Under the pieces are notes generated by a model. It was given only the letters and a program-made list of their open reading frames with translations, had not been told where the DNA came from and ran no database searches. The translations under genes and the position numbers were made by a program. 64,000 nt of DNA from Paraspadella gotoi. Taxonomy: Eukaryota; Animalia; Chaetognatha. The stretch covers positions 16,714,126 through 16,778,125 of the forward strand of contig CM119265.1 in the NCBI GenBank assembly GCA_051294375.1, given 5' to 3'. Shown piece after piece: positions 1 to 12,887 of this stretch (its first letter is position 1; each line of letters opens with the position of its first letter).

Positions 1-40
1 TCTAATTTCGCTAAATAGTTTCCGTAAATATAGAAATAAC

Positions 41-3000
41 CTCAAATCTTTCGGTAGTTTTTTCCACTTGAGTCATAAGTTTTTCCGCGAATCCTTGGGG
101 ATCGTGCAGGAAATGAAGAGCCGCCGCGTCAAAAGCATCCGATTTCTTTTTCTTTCTTTCTTTTGCCCTTAATTTTGTTCTGGCTCGATCCAATCGTTTT
201 TTTCGCTTCTTTGTATGTTTTCCCACTCGATGAGCCAGGAGCATCTTTATAGTGGATAAAAATAAGCATATAACAGTTGTCTAATTTTACGAATACTTAT
301 TCTGACACGTGAAAAAAAGTACCTGTTGCTCATTTTTGTTCGGCTCATCGTCCTCGTCGCTGTTTTCGCTATCATTTTTGTCGTCATTATCTTGACCCAG
401 AAAAAAGTGAAGGGCGGCAACGAGAACCTAATAATCGCGTCTAATTAAATTAATTTCAACCGGCGTCCTCGTTTCCCGATTCAAGAAAAACCTTCCCTCC
501 CCCCGGTGATTGATTGGGATAAACTCGCCTTTGTAATTGGTGAGAAGCAGGCAGTCGAGATGGCATTGACAGTCTTGGCGTCTCGCCAAACATTCTTTCG
601 ATAAAGTTCTTTCATGATGTCTAGCGAAAGTTTTACGGCTGTGCGATTGTTGTCACTTAACATAGAATACATGAAGTTCTGAAGAAAAAAATTGAAACTT
701 CGTTAATTTTATTTTTTTACGTATATGTTAATTTAAGGCAAAGCACATTGACAATTCTTATTAGAATGCCATATATCTCAAACATAGATTTCAGAAAGGT
801 TTCACTTCAAGAACGTAAACACTACATTAATGAAATTTTATGATCTTTTGAGCAGCCCTTATTCGTCCTTGAAAGTCCTTTAAAAAATGAAAGTGATTAT
901 ACCAAAGTCTGGAGTCCGGTGTGGGTACAAAGAGCTGCTCGAGGGGAGCGGAAAACTAATATTTTGTTTCTTAAATCAAAAGCCGACAGGCACTAACTTC
1001 GCGGACTCGTTCTTTCCCTCCATCTCTCTCTCCCTTTTTCGCTTCCTACGAGATCGTAGTAGATTCGTACGAGCATAAAATCGAGTGAACTGAACTCGTG
1101 TCACTCGACGTCGCAAAAGGCGTTTGGCCCGAATAGACGAAACAGACGAATTATATTTGCTCTCACTTCTCTGTCGAACTCGATCGTTGCTGACATCAAA
1201 ATCAACGAACTTTCGTGTCAACCGTTAAAATTTCCTCTTTTTGTTTTCGGTACAATGATACCAACAAAAGGTAAGAAGCTTCCTTTTTATTTAATATTCT
1301 TAAACAGTTTAAACGTTATCCGTATTTAAATTCAAAGATTGTGGAAAAAAAACTGCCTTCACTGAGGAAACCGATCGGGACTACCTTTGCGGTTGGTTTT
1401 CTGTGAGGCCAAAGGCTTTACAAATCTTCAGAAATGCGAAATGGGCTTTGCTATTTTTGTGCTTGGGTTCAATTTTGGAAGGTCTAGTGGTAAACGGGAT
1501 CGTAAATGTAGTTTTATCTACTTTGGAAAAGGTAGCAATTGTAAAGTATTAATGTTTTAAATTAAAATAAATTTAAAGTGAATAATATCTCCAGAGATTT
1601 AACCTGTCTTCAAGAGAATCTGGGCTCATTCGAGCAACTAACAGTATTTCCCAAATGATAGCAACATTCCCCATAAGCTACTTTGGAGGGAAAGGATCGA
1701 AACCGAAATATTTGGGAATCGGAATCTTGAGCTTGGGCTTAGGTAAGGACCTTAAGTGAAAAATTCTAAATAACATTCACAATATAAATGATTACCAAAT
1801 TATAACACAACGTAGAAACTCAAATTCCCAATCTTTACCGAACTTTAGGGGCGCTTATTTTCACGACACCTCACTTTCTTAGTGACGTCTACTATCCAAG
1901 TGAAACAACTGAGGGTCTCGATTTCGTTCGGCTTTGTAAATCTCAGTGGAACAAATCGTCTGGGTTTGAGAGCAGGTGTACTGCTATATACCGGTTAAAG
2001 TTAACAATTATTTATAATTTCACCCTTTTTATTCAGAAATAAAGAAAGTCACAATCACTTAAAGTATTTATTCTTCTTGGGTCAAATTCTTCATGGAATC
2101 GGTTCGGCACCTTTATGGACTATAGGGGTAACATATTTAGATGACAATCTTCCTTCAAAATCAAGTGCTTTGTACGTCGGTATATTTTACGCATTTGCTG
2201 TCATTGGACCGGCAATAGGCTTTTTAGGTGGTGGTCAGTTATTGAAGGTTGGTAACTCAATTTATATGATAGATACAAAAACATATATAGTTAACTAACC
2301 CTAGGGAAATTCACATACATCAAACATTTTTTCTTTAGATTCATACGGATTTTGACTATATTATAGATTCGCCTATAGATTACAACCATCCTAATTGGGT
2401 AGGACTTTGGTGGATGGGATTTTTACTAGTTGGAATTTTAAGCTTCGTAGTAGGGTATACTCATCTTCATAATAAAAATATTGCTCCTGATTTCAGAATC
2501 TTTAAATTATCAGCTCTACATTATTTTTGCAGGATCATTTTGTTGTCTTTCCCATCAAAGCTACCTGGATGGGAAAGCATTCAAAAACAGAAGTTTGCCG
2601 AAGCCCAGCACCTGGAAAAGCATACATTTATTAAGCCCGATAAAACGTTAACAAAATCTCAAAATATTTTTCATAGAATACTCAAACCATTGTGGACTGA
2701 AATAAAAATACTATCCACAAATTACACTTATCTTTGTATTTGCTTTAATCAAACGACTGAGGGATTAGTTTTTGCCGTCTTTTCTGCGTTTATGCCGAAA
2801 TTTTTAGAATCCCAATTTTTACTTTCTGCCTCTGACGCCGCATTCTACGTCGGAATAATCGTTGTATTTCTCGGCTCGTTTGCAATGGTAATGGGTGGCT
2901 GGATAGTGAAACAATATAGCCTCGGTTGCAAAGCAATTTTACTGCTCATTACATTTACGTCGTTGCTGCAACTACCCCAGGTGCGACAATAAAGACACGG

Positions 3001-5307
3001 TTTAAATTTTGGTATATTAACAAATTAACTTCTACAGATAATGGCGTTCCTATTTATGAGATGCGATGACGGTTTGTTTGCAGGAATAGATTATCCTGTT
3101 CAGTACAAACCGGTAAGCAGTTCAATTCACTATTTACAGCAGAAAATGACCTAATTTGAAATATTAAATCCAATCAATAATTCTAGGAACATATCCCTTC
3201 TTTAAGTGAAAACTGCAATGCAAACTGCAATTGTGGGGATAAATTCGATCCTGTTTGTGGGTCCAACAATGTCCTTTACTTCAGTGCATGCCATGCTGGT
3301 TGTAAAGATGAGAAAAAAGGCACCGGTAAAAACTTTGTTTTTAATTTAAAATTTCACTTATTTAAAATGGACTTGTTTTGTAGACCATACATATTACACA
3401 GAATGCTCTTGCATTCAAAATATCACGTTTGGCAATATATCCAAAGCGGAAAATGGGTTCGCAAAGGTCGGGAGGTGTGACAGAGATCCTTTCTGCAATC
3501 AGAAGCAATTGTATCCCTTTCTATTCCTATTCGCTACTATTATTTTTCCTATGCTTTCTGCAACTGCGCCAGCAATGCAAGCAACACTTCGTTGCGTTCC
3601 AGCGAGGCTAACGTCAATTGCAATAGGGATTCAGGTAATACCGCTAACCTCTAACAATTACAGTAAGACAGACTAAGGCTAAGACTAAAAAGAGAAAAGC
3701 AGGAGGAAGACAGGGAAAAAGAAGGAGGCGGCCAGAAGCCTATGCTCTGATTCACGTACTTTAGTTTGTTTTCACTTTGTTTTTTCACAGTTGGTTATGT
3801 CAAGATCTTTAGGAGCCGTTCCAGGGCCACCCATTTTCGGCTCAATCGTTGATTCAGTGTGCCTTATAAGCCAAACCACTGCTCAAGACGAAGGTCAGTA
3901 TTAACTATGTAATACGTTTTAAGTAATAATTATTACGTGGAAGATAATTAGATAATGTGGACTCAATACATTCTTTAAATTCAAAATTCGTTGCAGAAAA
4001 TGCTTGCGCAATCTATGATCAAAAGAATTTGGGATTACTCATGTTTTTTATTGCGGTTACATGGAAGTTTTTTTCTTTTTTATTTATTTTTGCAGCTTGG
4101 TTCTTTTATAGATCTTTACTCATCAGGTAAAAAAAGAGAGAAATGATCACGTTTATTGTGTATGTAAATAGGATGTAGGGTTTCAGTTAACTTACTTTTC
4201 CCAGAAACCAAATTCAACAAAATGAAAAAGATAACGAAGAAAAAACCGATCAAACGTACGAAGAAAGGAGCGACTACAGTACCCAACTATAAAAAACTTT
4301 ACAATTTTGAATTTACCTGAAGTTGTGTATTCACAGAGTTTTGTTTTCGTTTCGCGTTCATTGTTTTTATATCGTTGATTATATGAGAATAAAGAGCTTT
4401 TCTTAACTCTTTATCTTGGCAACGAAACAACTTGAAAAACAATTCCAGGATGACCCCTATGAGAAATATAAAGAAGTGAATTTCAAGCATATTTTATCAC
4501 AATCTAGGCCAAGTCAAACAAGAAGTAGTTGTGTATAACTCTCCAATCTGCAATCTTTTTCCCTATTGCTTGGTCTTAAACATACACAAACATTACTATT
4601 TCTCCTTCCGTTATCTTTTAACCAACATTCATTCACATAAACAATTCCGCAATATTCATACCGTTTATCCACATTTACTCACAAATACAATTTTAAAATA
4701 TTTATACCAAAACTAAACTATACACACTTACGCATTTAATAAAATTCTGTTATTGTCTCAACTTTTGTCCTGTAACTTCTGACTTGACTCAAATTTAACA
4801 AAAAAAAAAAAAAAGATAAGCGCTTAAGCTATTTTTATTTTTAAGCCCTTATATTCAAACTTCCCCAATGTCATGAAAGTAATTTTTATTACCAGGTTGA
4901 ATGAGACCTTTCCCACGTAAAAGCATTAAAGCTCGGCACATTGTAAATCTTAATTGAGAGTGAATGTTAGCCGAGTGTTGATTCAATATTTCCTTGAGTT
5001 CGTTAGGAAATTCTATCAAAACTTCCGGATAACAATGCGCCACCTGAGGACAAGATCAGATCTGAACTTAGGAGTAAGAATTGCAATAGATAATTTCAAA
5101 AATAAAACCTACTTGAGCCATGAAGGTAATCATTTCGGCTAATTCTTTGGACTCGACATCTGGCTTGATGAAAAATATCTGCAACAAAGCTTGATAATGC
5201 CGATATTGTTGATGAAACTCTTCTTTGTAAGCATCTTTGTCTCTCTTAATCAGATTTTGTAGCTGAGGTAAATTAATGGGAAGCCTGTTATGGTTTTTGT
5301 CTCCCAT
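41..5307 (-). CDS. SDAD1: SDA1 homolog (60S biogenesis factor), multi-exon, 3' end runs off the window start
   Basis: Exons translate to [76 protein letters not shown] and [14 protein letters not shown], all typical SDA1 blocks. Large intron 679-4316; GC-AG intron 428-528. Confidence 0.95.
1255..4292 (+). CDS. Organic anion transporting polypeptide (SLCO4/OATP4-like), ~13 exons, nested antisense in an SDAD1 intron
   Basis: Spliced frame [85 protein letters not shown], Kazal-like [42 protein letters not shown]; ends ..YSTQL-TAA (4290-4292). GT-AG introns keep frame. Confidence 0.92.
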
Positions 5308-5435
5308 GTTCAGTTTCGTTTATAACCTATAGAAACGCAAACATCGTAAACAATAAAATGAAATAAGGCAGAAATTTCAATTATGTAATATGTAATTATG
5401 TATTTATTATTCAAACACTTTTTTGAAGAAAGCAA

Positions 5436-8285
5436 TTAGTCAGAATCATCGTCTTCCTCCTCGCCTTTCAGCCCTCCAAAAACCTCCTTGGGAATTGACG
5501 CCTTTTCAATCTCTATGCGCTTTCCTTTTTTCATAACAGGGGGCTCCTCTTCATTTTCTTCATCCTCGTCAATATCGATCTCCTCTGGGTTGGCGATTGG
5601 TTGCACCCTCTCCTCCAGTTCGTCGTTGGACGTCTCTCCTCTCACGAACAAAATATTTCCGGTTTTCATCTTCTCTGCAGCGTTTTCTTTTCCGGCAGCT
5701 CTTTCTGCTTGTTGCTCCAGCGCTTTCATAGAATCGCCGCCGGAAGAAGCTGCAGCTGCTGCTGCATCACCCGAACCACTCGCGTTGGCCAACATCTGGG
5801 CTGTCATGAAGTTAACTTGCGTGTTGAAGGTGGCTTGGACGCTACGTTTGATCCTCAACATTTCTCTGACGGTGTCCTCGTTGCCGTGAGCCACCTCAAA
5901 GGACTTCCACGTTTCCCAAAAGTCGGTAGCAACACGAGGATCGCACATCTGCGAGCAATGGGCGTAGATGGCTCGCCCGCGATCGATCTCTCCCAATTTG
6001 CGCTCAAGGTCGGCGAAACGCATGCACATGGTAGTTGCCTCTCGCGGCTGCAAAACTTCGATCGCTTTTTCGTAAATCTCCCGCGTGTATGTAACTCCAT
6101 ATATCTCCGCGGCACGCTTCAGATAAATATTAAACATTTCGTACTGCTCTTCTGGCAAAACTGAGGCCGGAGCCCGATCGTAAATAGCCATGGCGTGACG
6201 GGCCATTCCGTGCTCTTCCTCTAGTTTCGCATAAAGCAGGTAAAGTCCTTTCGCAAATTTCGGCGGGACGTCAGCGAGACATTGCTCGAACAAATCGCGA
6301 GCGCGTTCCAATTTTTTGCCGCCGTAACGACCAATGAATTTTGTCAAGTAAGTATTCCAGATGTCGTAAACGTTGGGCCAACGGAAGAGGGACACACCCT
6401 TCTCGTAGGCTTTGAAGGCTTCTTCAAAGTAATGGTTTTCCTCCAGGAATGTCCCGAAGTTCATGATAATCTGCGGAGTGGCGATGCGTAGTTCGATAAT
6501 TTTATCATAAACAGCCTTGGTGGTTTTGAACGTTCCGAACGATTCTTCAAGGTCCGCGTATAGCGACCACAGCTTCAAATTTCTGTAGATCCTATTTTGG
6601 ACGGGTTCCGAGGCATCGTGGTAAGCGGCTCTCGTCTCAGGGAGCGCGGTGGCCCGCCTCATCAGCTTGAGCGCGTCGTCGTAATTCTCGTGGCGAATCT
6701 CCATTTCCGCCCACTCGCTCCAGACGGCCGCCAAATCGTCGACCTGTTTGAAATTGACCAGAATCGCCTTTTCGAAAATTATCCTGGCGTCGTCGATTTG
6801 ATCGTGTTCCTCATAGAATTTTGCGAAGGCCACCCACAAAGTGTTCAGCTTGCCGGTAACAAGAGTAGGATCTACCGTTTGAACGGCTTCGGTGAAAGTG
6901 GCGATCTGCTCGTGAGGTTTTCCTTCGTACAATTTGACGCGTTTGAGCCACTCGGCGACATTGTGCGGGTTTTGCCTGAGAAGCACGCTGTTAAGCAGCA
7001 AGGGTCGTCGATCCATAAGATCTTCCAGTCGAGCGAGGCGCATTTCTAACTCGTTGTCGATCTCAGCCTCATCCTCGGCGCCGACGCTTTCCATACGGCC
7101 GCTGATGACGCCTTCCTCAAACTGGGCGTAAGCGTCGAAGACTTGCGTAAAGTCACGAACGGTAGTCACCGTCTGAATGGCTTCCTCGTAGACGTCGCGA
7201 GCCTTTTCGAAGTTTGCGTTACGAGTGTAGTAATCGGCGAGAGAATTCCACAAGAGACCGATTTGATCCGTAAATCGTTTTATTCCTTGGCGGATAATAG
7301 CATCCACGCGCAGAGACTTCACCTACGGTGACCAAGAACTTTTTTTAAAATTTTCAATCTCAATTAGAAACCATAAATAATAATACGTCCAAAAAGAACT
7401 GACCTTGTCAGGGTTTTTCGTCATCAAGTCACAAAGGTCGTGCCACAATTGATGCTTGCTTTTTCCCTCCTTTGACGTGAACTTTTCGTCGTTGACGATA
7501 TCGCCCATTTTGACAGCAGCCTCGTCAAGGCGATCGCTGGCTACAAGGTACTGGATAAACTCTTCGGCATCTTCCGGACAAAGCTTCATGTAGCGTCGAT
7601 AAACACGCAGACCTAGACTCAAATAAACCACATTCATAATTAACAATTAAACAATAGCTTATTAAGGTTTGTTACCAGTTTCCGGTATTTTGTGCCTCTT
7701 AATGAATTTAATGTATAGGGGCCATATGCGCCTATGTTGAGTGAGCGGAAGCGCACGCAGAGCCCGATCGAAAGTGTGACGCGTGTACGTTATTTTTTCT
7801 TGAGAAACGAGAAACTGACAATACTCCATCCATATTCTTGGCATCTGTGAAAAATTAGTACTTAGTTATATGCTCACTTAAATCCAATAATTTCAAGTGC
7901 ATTTCCGACCTTGTGCATGAAAACGAGAGCCCGTTCGTGCGCATTGTTAACTTCCTCGAAAACTGGATCCGTGATACATCGATTCTTTATTTGATTACGC
8001 CGAAGTTTTAGGTAACTGTACCACAGCTTGTAAGATCCCGGGAGCTCTCGCAAAGCACGCTCGTAAACCTGATCGTTAAGTAAAACGATACAATACACAA
8101 GAGAACGAGTATTAATAAGAACTTAAGTAACCTATATACCATACCATGTTAATAATGTTTGTTGGAGCGTCCTTCTTGTGTTCGATGTATCTAAACCAAC
8201 ACTTGATGGAGCAGGGATTCCGAAGAATTTCTTCCTCATAAGGAATATCATCCTCCTCGAAGATAATGTCCTTTTCCTCATCCAT
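5436..8285 (-). CDS. XAB2: Pre-mRNA splicing factor SYF1/XAB2 (HAT repeats), 5 exons
   Basis: MDEEKDIIFEEDDIPYEEEILRN.., VYERALRELPGSYKLW, MPRIW, GKSKHQLW, LLNSVLLRQNPHNVAEW, YGGKKLERARDLFEQ, HGNEDTVREMLRIKRSV, NPEEIDI. Confidence 0.97.
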
Positions 8286-8404
8286 CGAAGCAACTTTTAA
8301 GTCTTATCTTAAGAGAAACAAAAATTAAGACAAGTTCAACGTAGTTACGGGGATGCAAAGAAATGAATGTTAAATCAAAACGTGAAATCTGAAAACAAAT
8401 GTTT

Positions 8405-11235
8405 CTAGCTGTCCTCGGACTTTTTTGCTCTTTTCTTAGGAGTTGGGTCTTCTTGAACGCTTTCGTCAACCGCATGTCTCTTATCGCCCGCCTTTTCCTC
8501 TTCTCCGTCTCCTTCGCGAAGCCAGTTGACGATCGCTTTAAAACCCTGAACCCCCATCAGCGCGTTGACGAGGGAGTGGAAAGTCGCTTTCTCGCCTTCT
8601 TCCTCAATCCACGTTTTAAGCATCTTGAGACAGTGCTCTTCCGGAGTGCCACCGTCGACCTCGAAGGCAGCCATTTCGTCCTCGGCGAAGTTGAGCTCGT
8701 GACCCAGTTTACGGTACAACTTACCGGTGGATTTTTCTGCGATAGCTTGTAAGAGTTCGATGGTGATGTCCCGTTCCATCCAAGATTTTGCGTCCGCTTT
8801 TTGACCAGATTTCAACAGTTCGTCGTCCTCGTCGACATCGTCGGCAGCAGCACCGTGAACAGCGGTTGATCCGTCCGCAGCGGCGTCGTCGTCCAGTTCT
8901 CCATCTTCTTTCGCCTTTTCTTCGGAACCGCCTTTCTGCAATCGCGATGCAAAGTCTTTTCCGACCTTGACAATGAGCGCCTCCAGACCTTGACTCAGCT
9001 TTTTGTTTTGTTGGTTTTGGTTGGAAGGAGGAGCCCAAAAAAGGTGGCTCTTGCGAGCGAGAAGGCGTAAAGCCCGCCAACACCACCCTTGGTCGTTAAC
9101 GAGTTTGTACTCGTCTTCAATTTGAGCCTCGGGATCCGACTGAAAGAAAAAAATAAATTTTAATTAATAATTACCTAGACCAATGAAATAAAATAATTTT
9201 GGAGCGAACTAACTTTGGAGCCTACTTCCCTGTTTTGTATTAAAAGTTTTATCCAAAAATTTCATTCTACTATTTTCAAGAGAGCAATGAGGACAATTTA
9301 AATTTCCATATTACCTGCTCAACGGCCTCTTCCAAAAACGATTCGAGGGTGGGTAAATAAATTCGGTTCTCACTGGCGCAAGCTTTTAAATTATCGGGTT
9401 CCAAGTTCCAAAGCCTCGTCAATTCGGCAGCACCCATTTTTATCGTTCCATCACCTGAGTAGAAAAAGAGCTACGTATAAGCAAGAGCAAAGGTACTCAG
9501 ATTTAAATCCAGGATCACGCCGCGCGACCTTCCAAAATATCTTCTCCCATAGGTTTTTTCCTCGGTTTTCGAATAATAGGGACGGCGGCGTTGATTTTTC
9601 CCTTGTCGAAAGGAGGACATCCTTCGTTCTTCCAATTGTTCCAAAATTCCTCCCTCGACAAAATATGTTTGACGGACTCGGCAAACTGCTCGCCGTCTGG
9701 TGGAGTTTCCTTTAAAAATAACACGATTAGAAGGGACGCGTTCATCATACAATCCCACATCGTATCTAAATTTATAACTTACCTTAAGAAGGGAATAAAC
9801 TTTTTCAGTCAAGACTGTCACCGCGGCATCCTGCTCTTCGTTGAGAACAAGGTTGGGCAACTTAAACTTGACCGGCGCGTTAAGATATTGAAACACAATG
9901 AGAAGCTGCAACAGGATGTTTCGTCGAAAAGTGGAATCGTTGAGTTGAAGGTCAAGCAGCTTCTCGTTGGTCAAATACTTGGCAAAATAAACGTCATCGG
10001 TAGACCTGTCGGCCGTTCTGCTACTGTTCACTTTTACATCGTCGAGTTTAAAGTTTTCAAAGACCTTTATGACGGCAGAGAGGTGACTGGAGAACAATTT
10101 CCAGTTGTTTTTGTCGTACAATTTGGTGGGTCTGTTGAAAAAGTCTTGAAGAGACCAAAACTTGCGGTATAGGGCGTAATCGACGACGTTATCGGCGTAG
10201 TTCTTCTTCGGTTCGTCGACGACCCCGTCGTCTGCGGCGGAATCCAACTCTCCCTCCTCTTTTTTCGCCGTTGTCGTCGGGGTTTCGCTCTTTGAACTGT
10301 TGTAGATCGTTTTGTTGTCGATGTTGAATTGAGAAACGAGGTTGAGCCCGGACTTCTCCTTCAGCGGAAAGAGGTGGGCCAAAAAAAGTTGAATACGACC
10401 ACAGAAAATCGTGTTCTGTGAGCGGGAGAGTCGACGAAGGAGGTCGTTGCACATGCGTAAAAGGTAGTTCTTGCCCTTATCGAAGAAGACCTCGTGCTTC
10501 CAAGTGTCGACGTGATCTTCGACGAAGCGAAAGAAGGGTTCGCAGTCGGGCAGCGGAGAAGTGTCGAAGATGTCGGACATCATAAGGAACGGGCAGAGCG
10601 GCGAAGCCATGTTCTGCTGGACAGATTGGATGACAAGTGCCATCAGCTGGCGATAAGATTCCTGCTTATTTTTGGTAGAATCTTTGGAACGTAGAATCTG
10701 GTCCAGACAATCGCGAAAAGCCTATAAAAAATTCAGGTGGGAGATGGTAAGCCTACTAAGGTCCTTTAGTAGTGGATATTTATTACAAAATAGTGTTTGG
10801 TAATATAAGAACAAAAAATTCGAATCTATGTTGAGTTTCGCAAGAAAAAAAAAGTTCTGAAACTCATGTAAAAATTTGTAAAAAAATTATTACTCATTCT
10901 TTACTTGAAAAATTATTACTATACAATTATTATTATACAATTTTAGCTCTCATTTGAATGCCATGTGGTATATACTGTTTCCACTATTGGTTTAAAAAAT
11001 GAATAAAACATAATTTTGTCATAAAAAAATATTATGATTATGAGGACCCGCCCTCATGCTCTACCTGATCCATGGCCGTCTTTTTCTCACTCTCCGACAC
11101 TGATTCCAAAACCTCGTAAGAGGCTTGAAGAGGAGACATCTCAAGTTCCGATCTACCTTTAGAAACTTCCAAGCAATCTTGCATAGATTCTGAAAATTTT
11201 GATCTCATAGCCACGAAGCCCATTGCGCTAGCCAT
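8405..11235 (-). CDS. THOC1: THO complex subunit 1 (Hpr1) with C-terminal death-domain-like region, 5 exons
   Basis: [88 protein letters not shown]; C-terminal [23 protein letters not shown]. Confidence 0.95.
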
Positions 11236-11943
11236 CTAAAGAAAAAACAAACAATTTTTAAGCATAATAGATATAAAAATACGAAAACAAAGTACGAGTG
11301 GGTTCGAACGAAATTTATCGCAAAAAATATTTACTAAATTAAAAATTATCAGCGACATTTTAATTTTTTTTGTAGGGTTAGGCCATGAATGTATGTGGCA
11401 TGCTAAAACGACTACAAAAGAGGCGCCTTGCTCTATCGTTAAAAACGCAATTTTGTTTAATGATTGCATGAAAAAGGGCAAAAATATTTTCGAATTATGT
11501 ATTGTGATCCACGTTGATCCAGATTTAAGAATTTTCTTAATTATTCCCCCGGGCCCCCGAGTGGTAACTATTGTTTCTTTTCATTGATAAATATACGTAT
11601 GAACATTCCCACTTTATTAAATTTTGAATGATTTTAAAAGAAATCTGATAAAGCACATCTGGAATGGCTTTAAAAGAATTTAGCGATATCATGGCATAAC
11701 GATAGCAAGATGACGAATCATGATTTTGAACATCAAAGACTGGAACTCATGCCCAAGTTATGAAAATTAATAAAAATCAAGTTTAACTTTATAACTAGGG
11801 CTTGTCTCTAAGCCTTCAAAAGCGGAACGTTACAAAATGAAGATTATATATGGCCTCAGACGTGAGTAGAACCAAAAAAATACATTCACGCACTTTTTAC
11901 ATTAGATTCCACAAAAAAAGAATAAAAACTACTGGTTGAGAAT

Positions 11944-12564
11944 TCACACATCGATTTTAACATCAATCCCGCTTCCACTGGCTTCCCCTTCGTCAGTAAG
12001 TTCGCCCGTTGCTCGTTTTTGTTTCTGACGCCTATTGCAAAACCACACCCTAACGACTTCGCGGTCGATCCCCAAGGATTCGCTGATTAGATGGAGTTCT
12101 TCGGAAGTCGGTCGTGGATTCGATTTGAACGCTTTCTCGAGCGAGACTTTGACTTTGTTCTCGATCGAAGTGCGCTTTCGACGGCGAATCCCGCCTCCGA
12201 GCGGGCCCAACTCGCCGCGAGCGTACGAGACGGCGACTTGCGGGTGTTTGTCCTTGGTTTCCGCCTCTTCGAGCCACTTTTGAAGAATCGGCTTCAACTT
12301 ACACATGTTCTTGAAGGAGAGGTTAAGAGCTTCGAAGCGGGAAACCGTGGTCTGTGAAAAGTCATTTCCGTAGAGTTGACCCAAGGCCAACCCGACGTCG
12401 CCCTGCGTGAAGCCGAGTTTGATTCGCTTCTGTTTAAACATTCGTGCGAAATCCTCTAGTTCCTCCAAGTCGGGAGTTTCTTCCTCGGGGGGTTCGCATC
12501 GTGTGATGATGGCGACGTTGAAGGCTCTCTCCCGAGAATCGCCATCTTTGGCGCTTTTCATCAT
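11944..12564 (-). CDS. Intronless, minimal class II POU-homeodomain protein (Oct1/nubbin-pdm-like), 206 aa
   Basis: POU-specific [61 protein letters not shown] (GDVGL, YGNDFS and ALNL are POU2-type) plus homeodomain [23 protein letters not shown]. Confidence 0.92.
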   Translation of the reverse strand: MMKSAKDGDSRERAFNVAIITRCEPPEEETPDLEELEDFARMFKQKRIKLGFTQGDVGLALGQLYGNDFSQTTVSRFEALNLSFKNMCKLKPILQKWLEEAETKDKHPQVAVSYARGELGPLGGGIRRRKRTSIENKVKVSLEKAFKSNPRPTSEELHLISESLGIDREVVRVWFCNRRQKQKRATGELTDEGEASGSGIDVKIDV

Positions 12565-12887
12565 AGTTTTAGCTTTGAAACTCGCGATGATTGCGCGATT
12601 TTCATTAAATCTTTCAATTCGAGCCTAGAACAAAGTATTAATAAAAAAAGTAGCCTCAGCCTCAGAGTTATAAATAAAAGAGTATGTATGATAAAAAACC
12701 TTAAAATTTAAATTTGATATTTACGGAAAAATCTAACGAAGCTTTAGGTTGTTTTAAAAGTTTTAAGTGACAGCTTTAAAATATTTAATCCTTAACTTAA
12801 GAGAGGATATATGAACTCAACACGAACATTTTCTTTATGACAGAAAAGAAGACAAGACATGGAAATCAAAAGGGTTTCTCCCACAAA

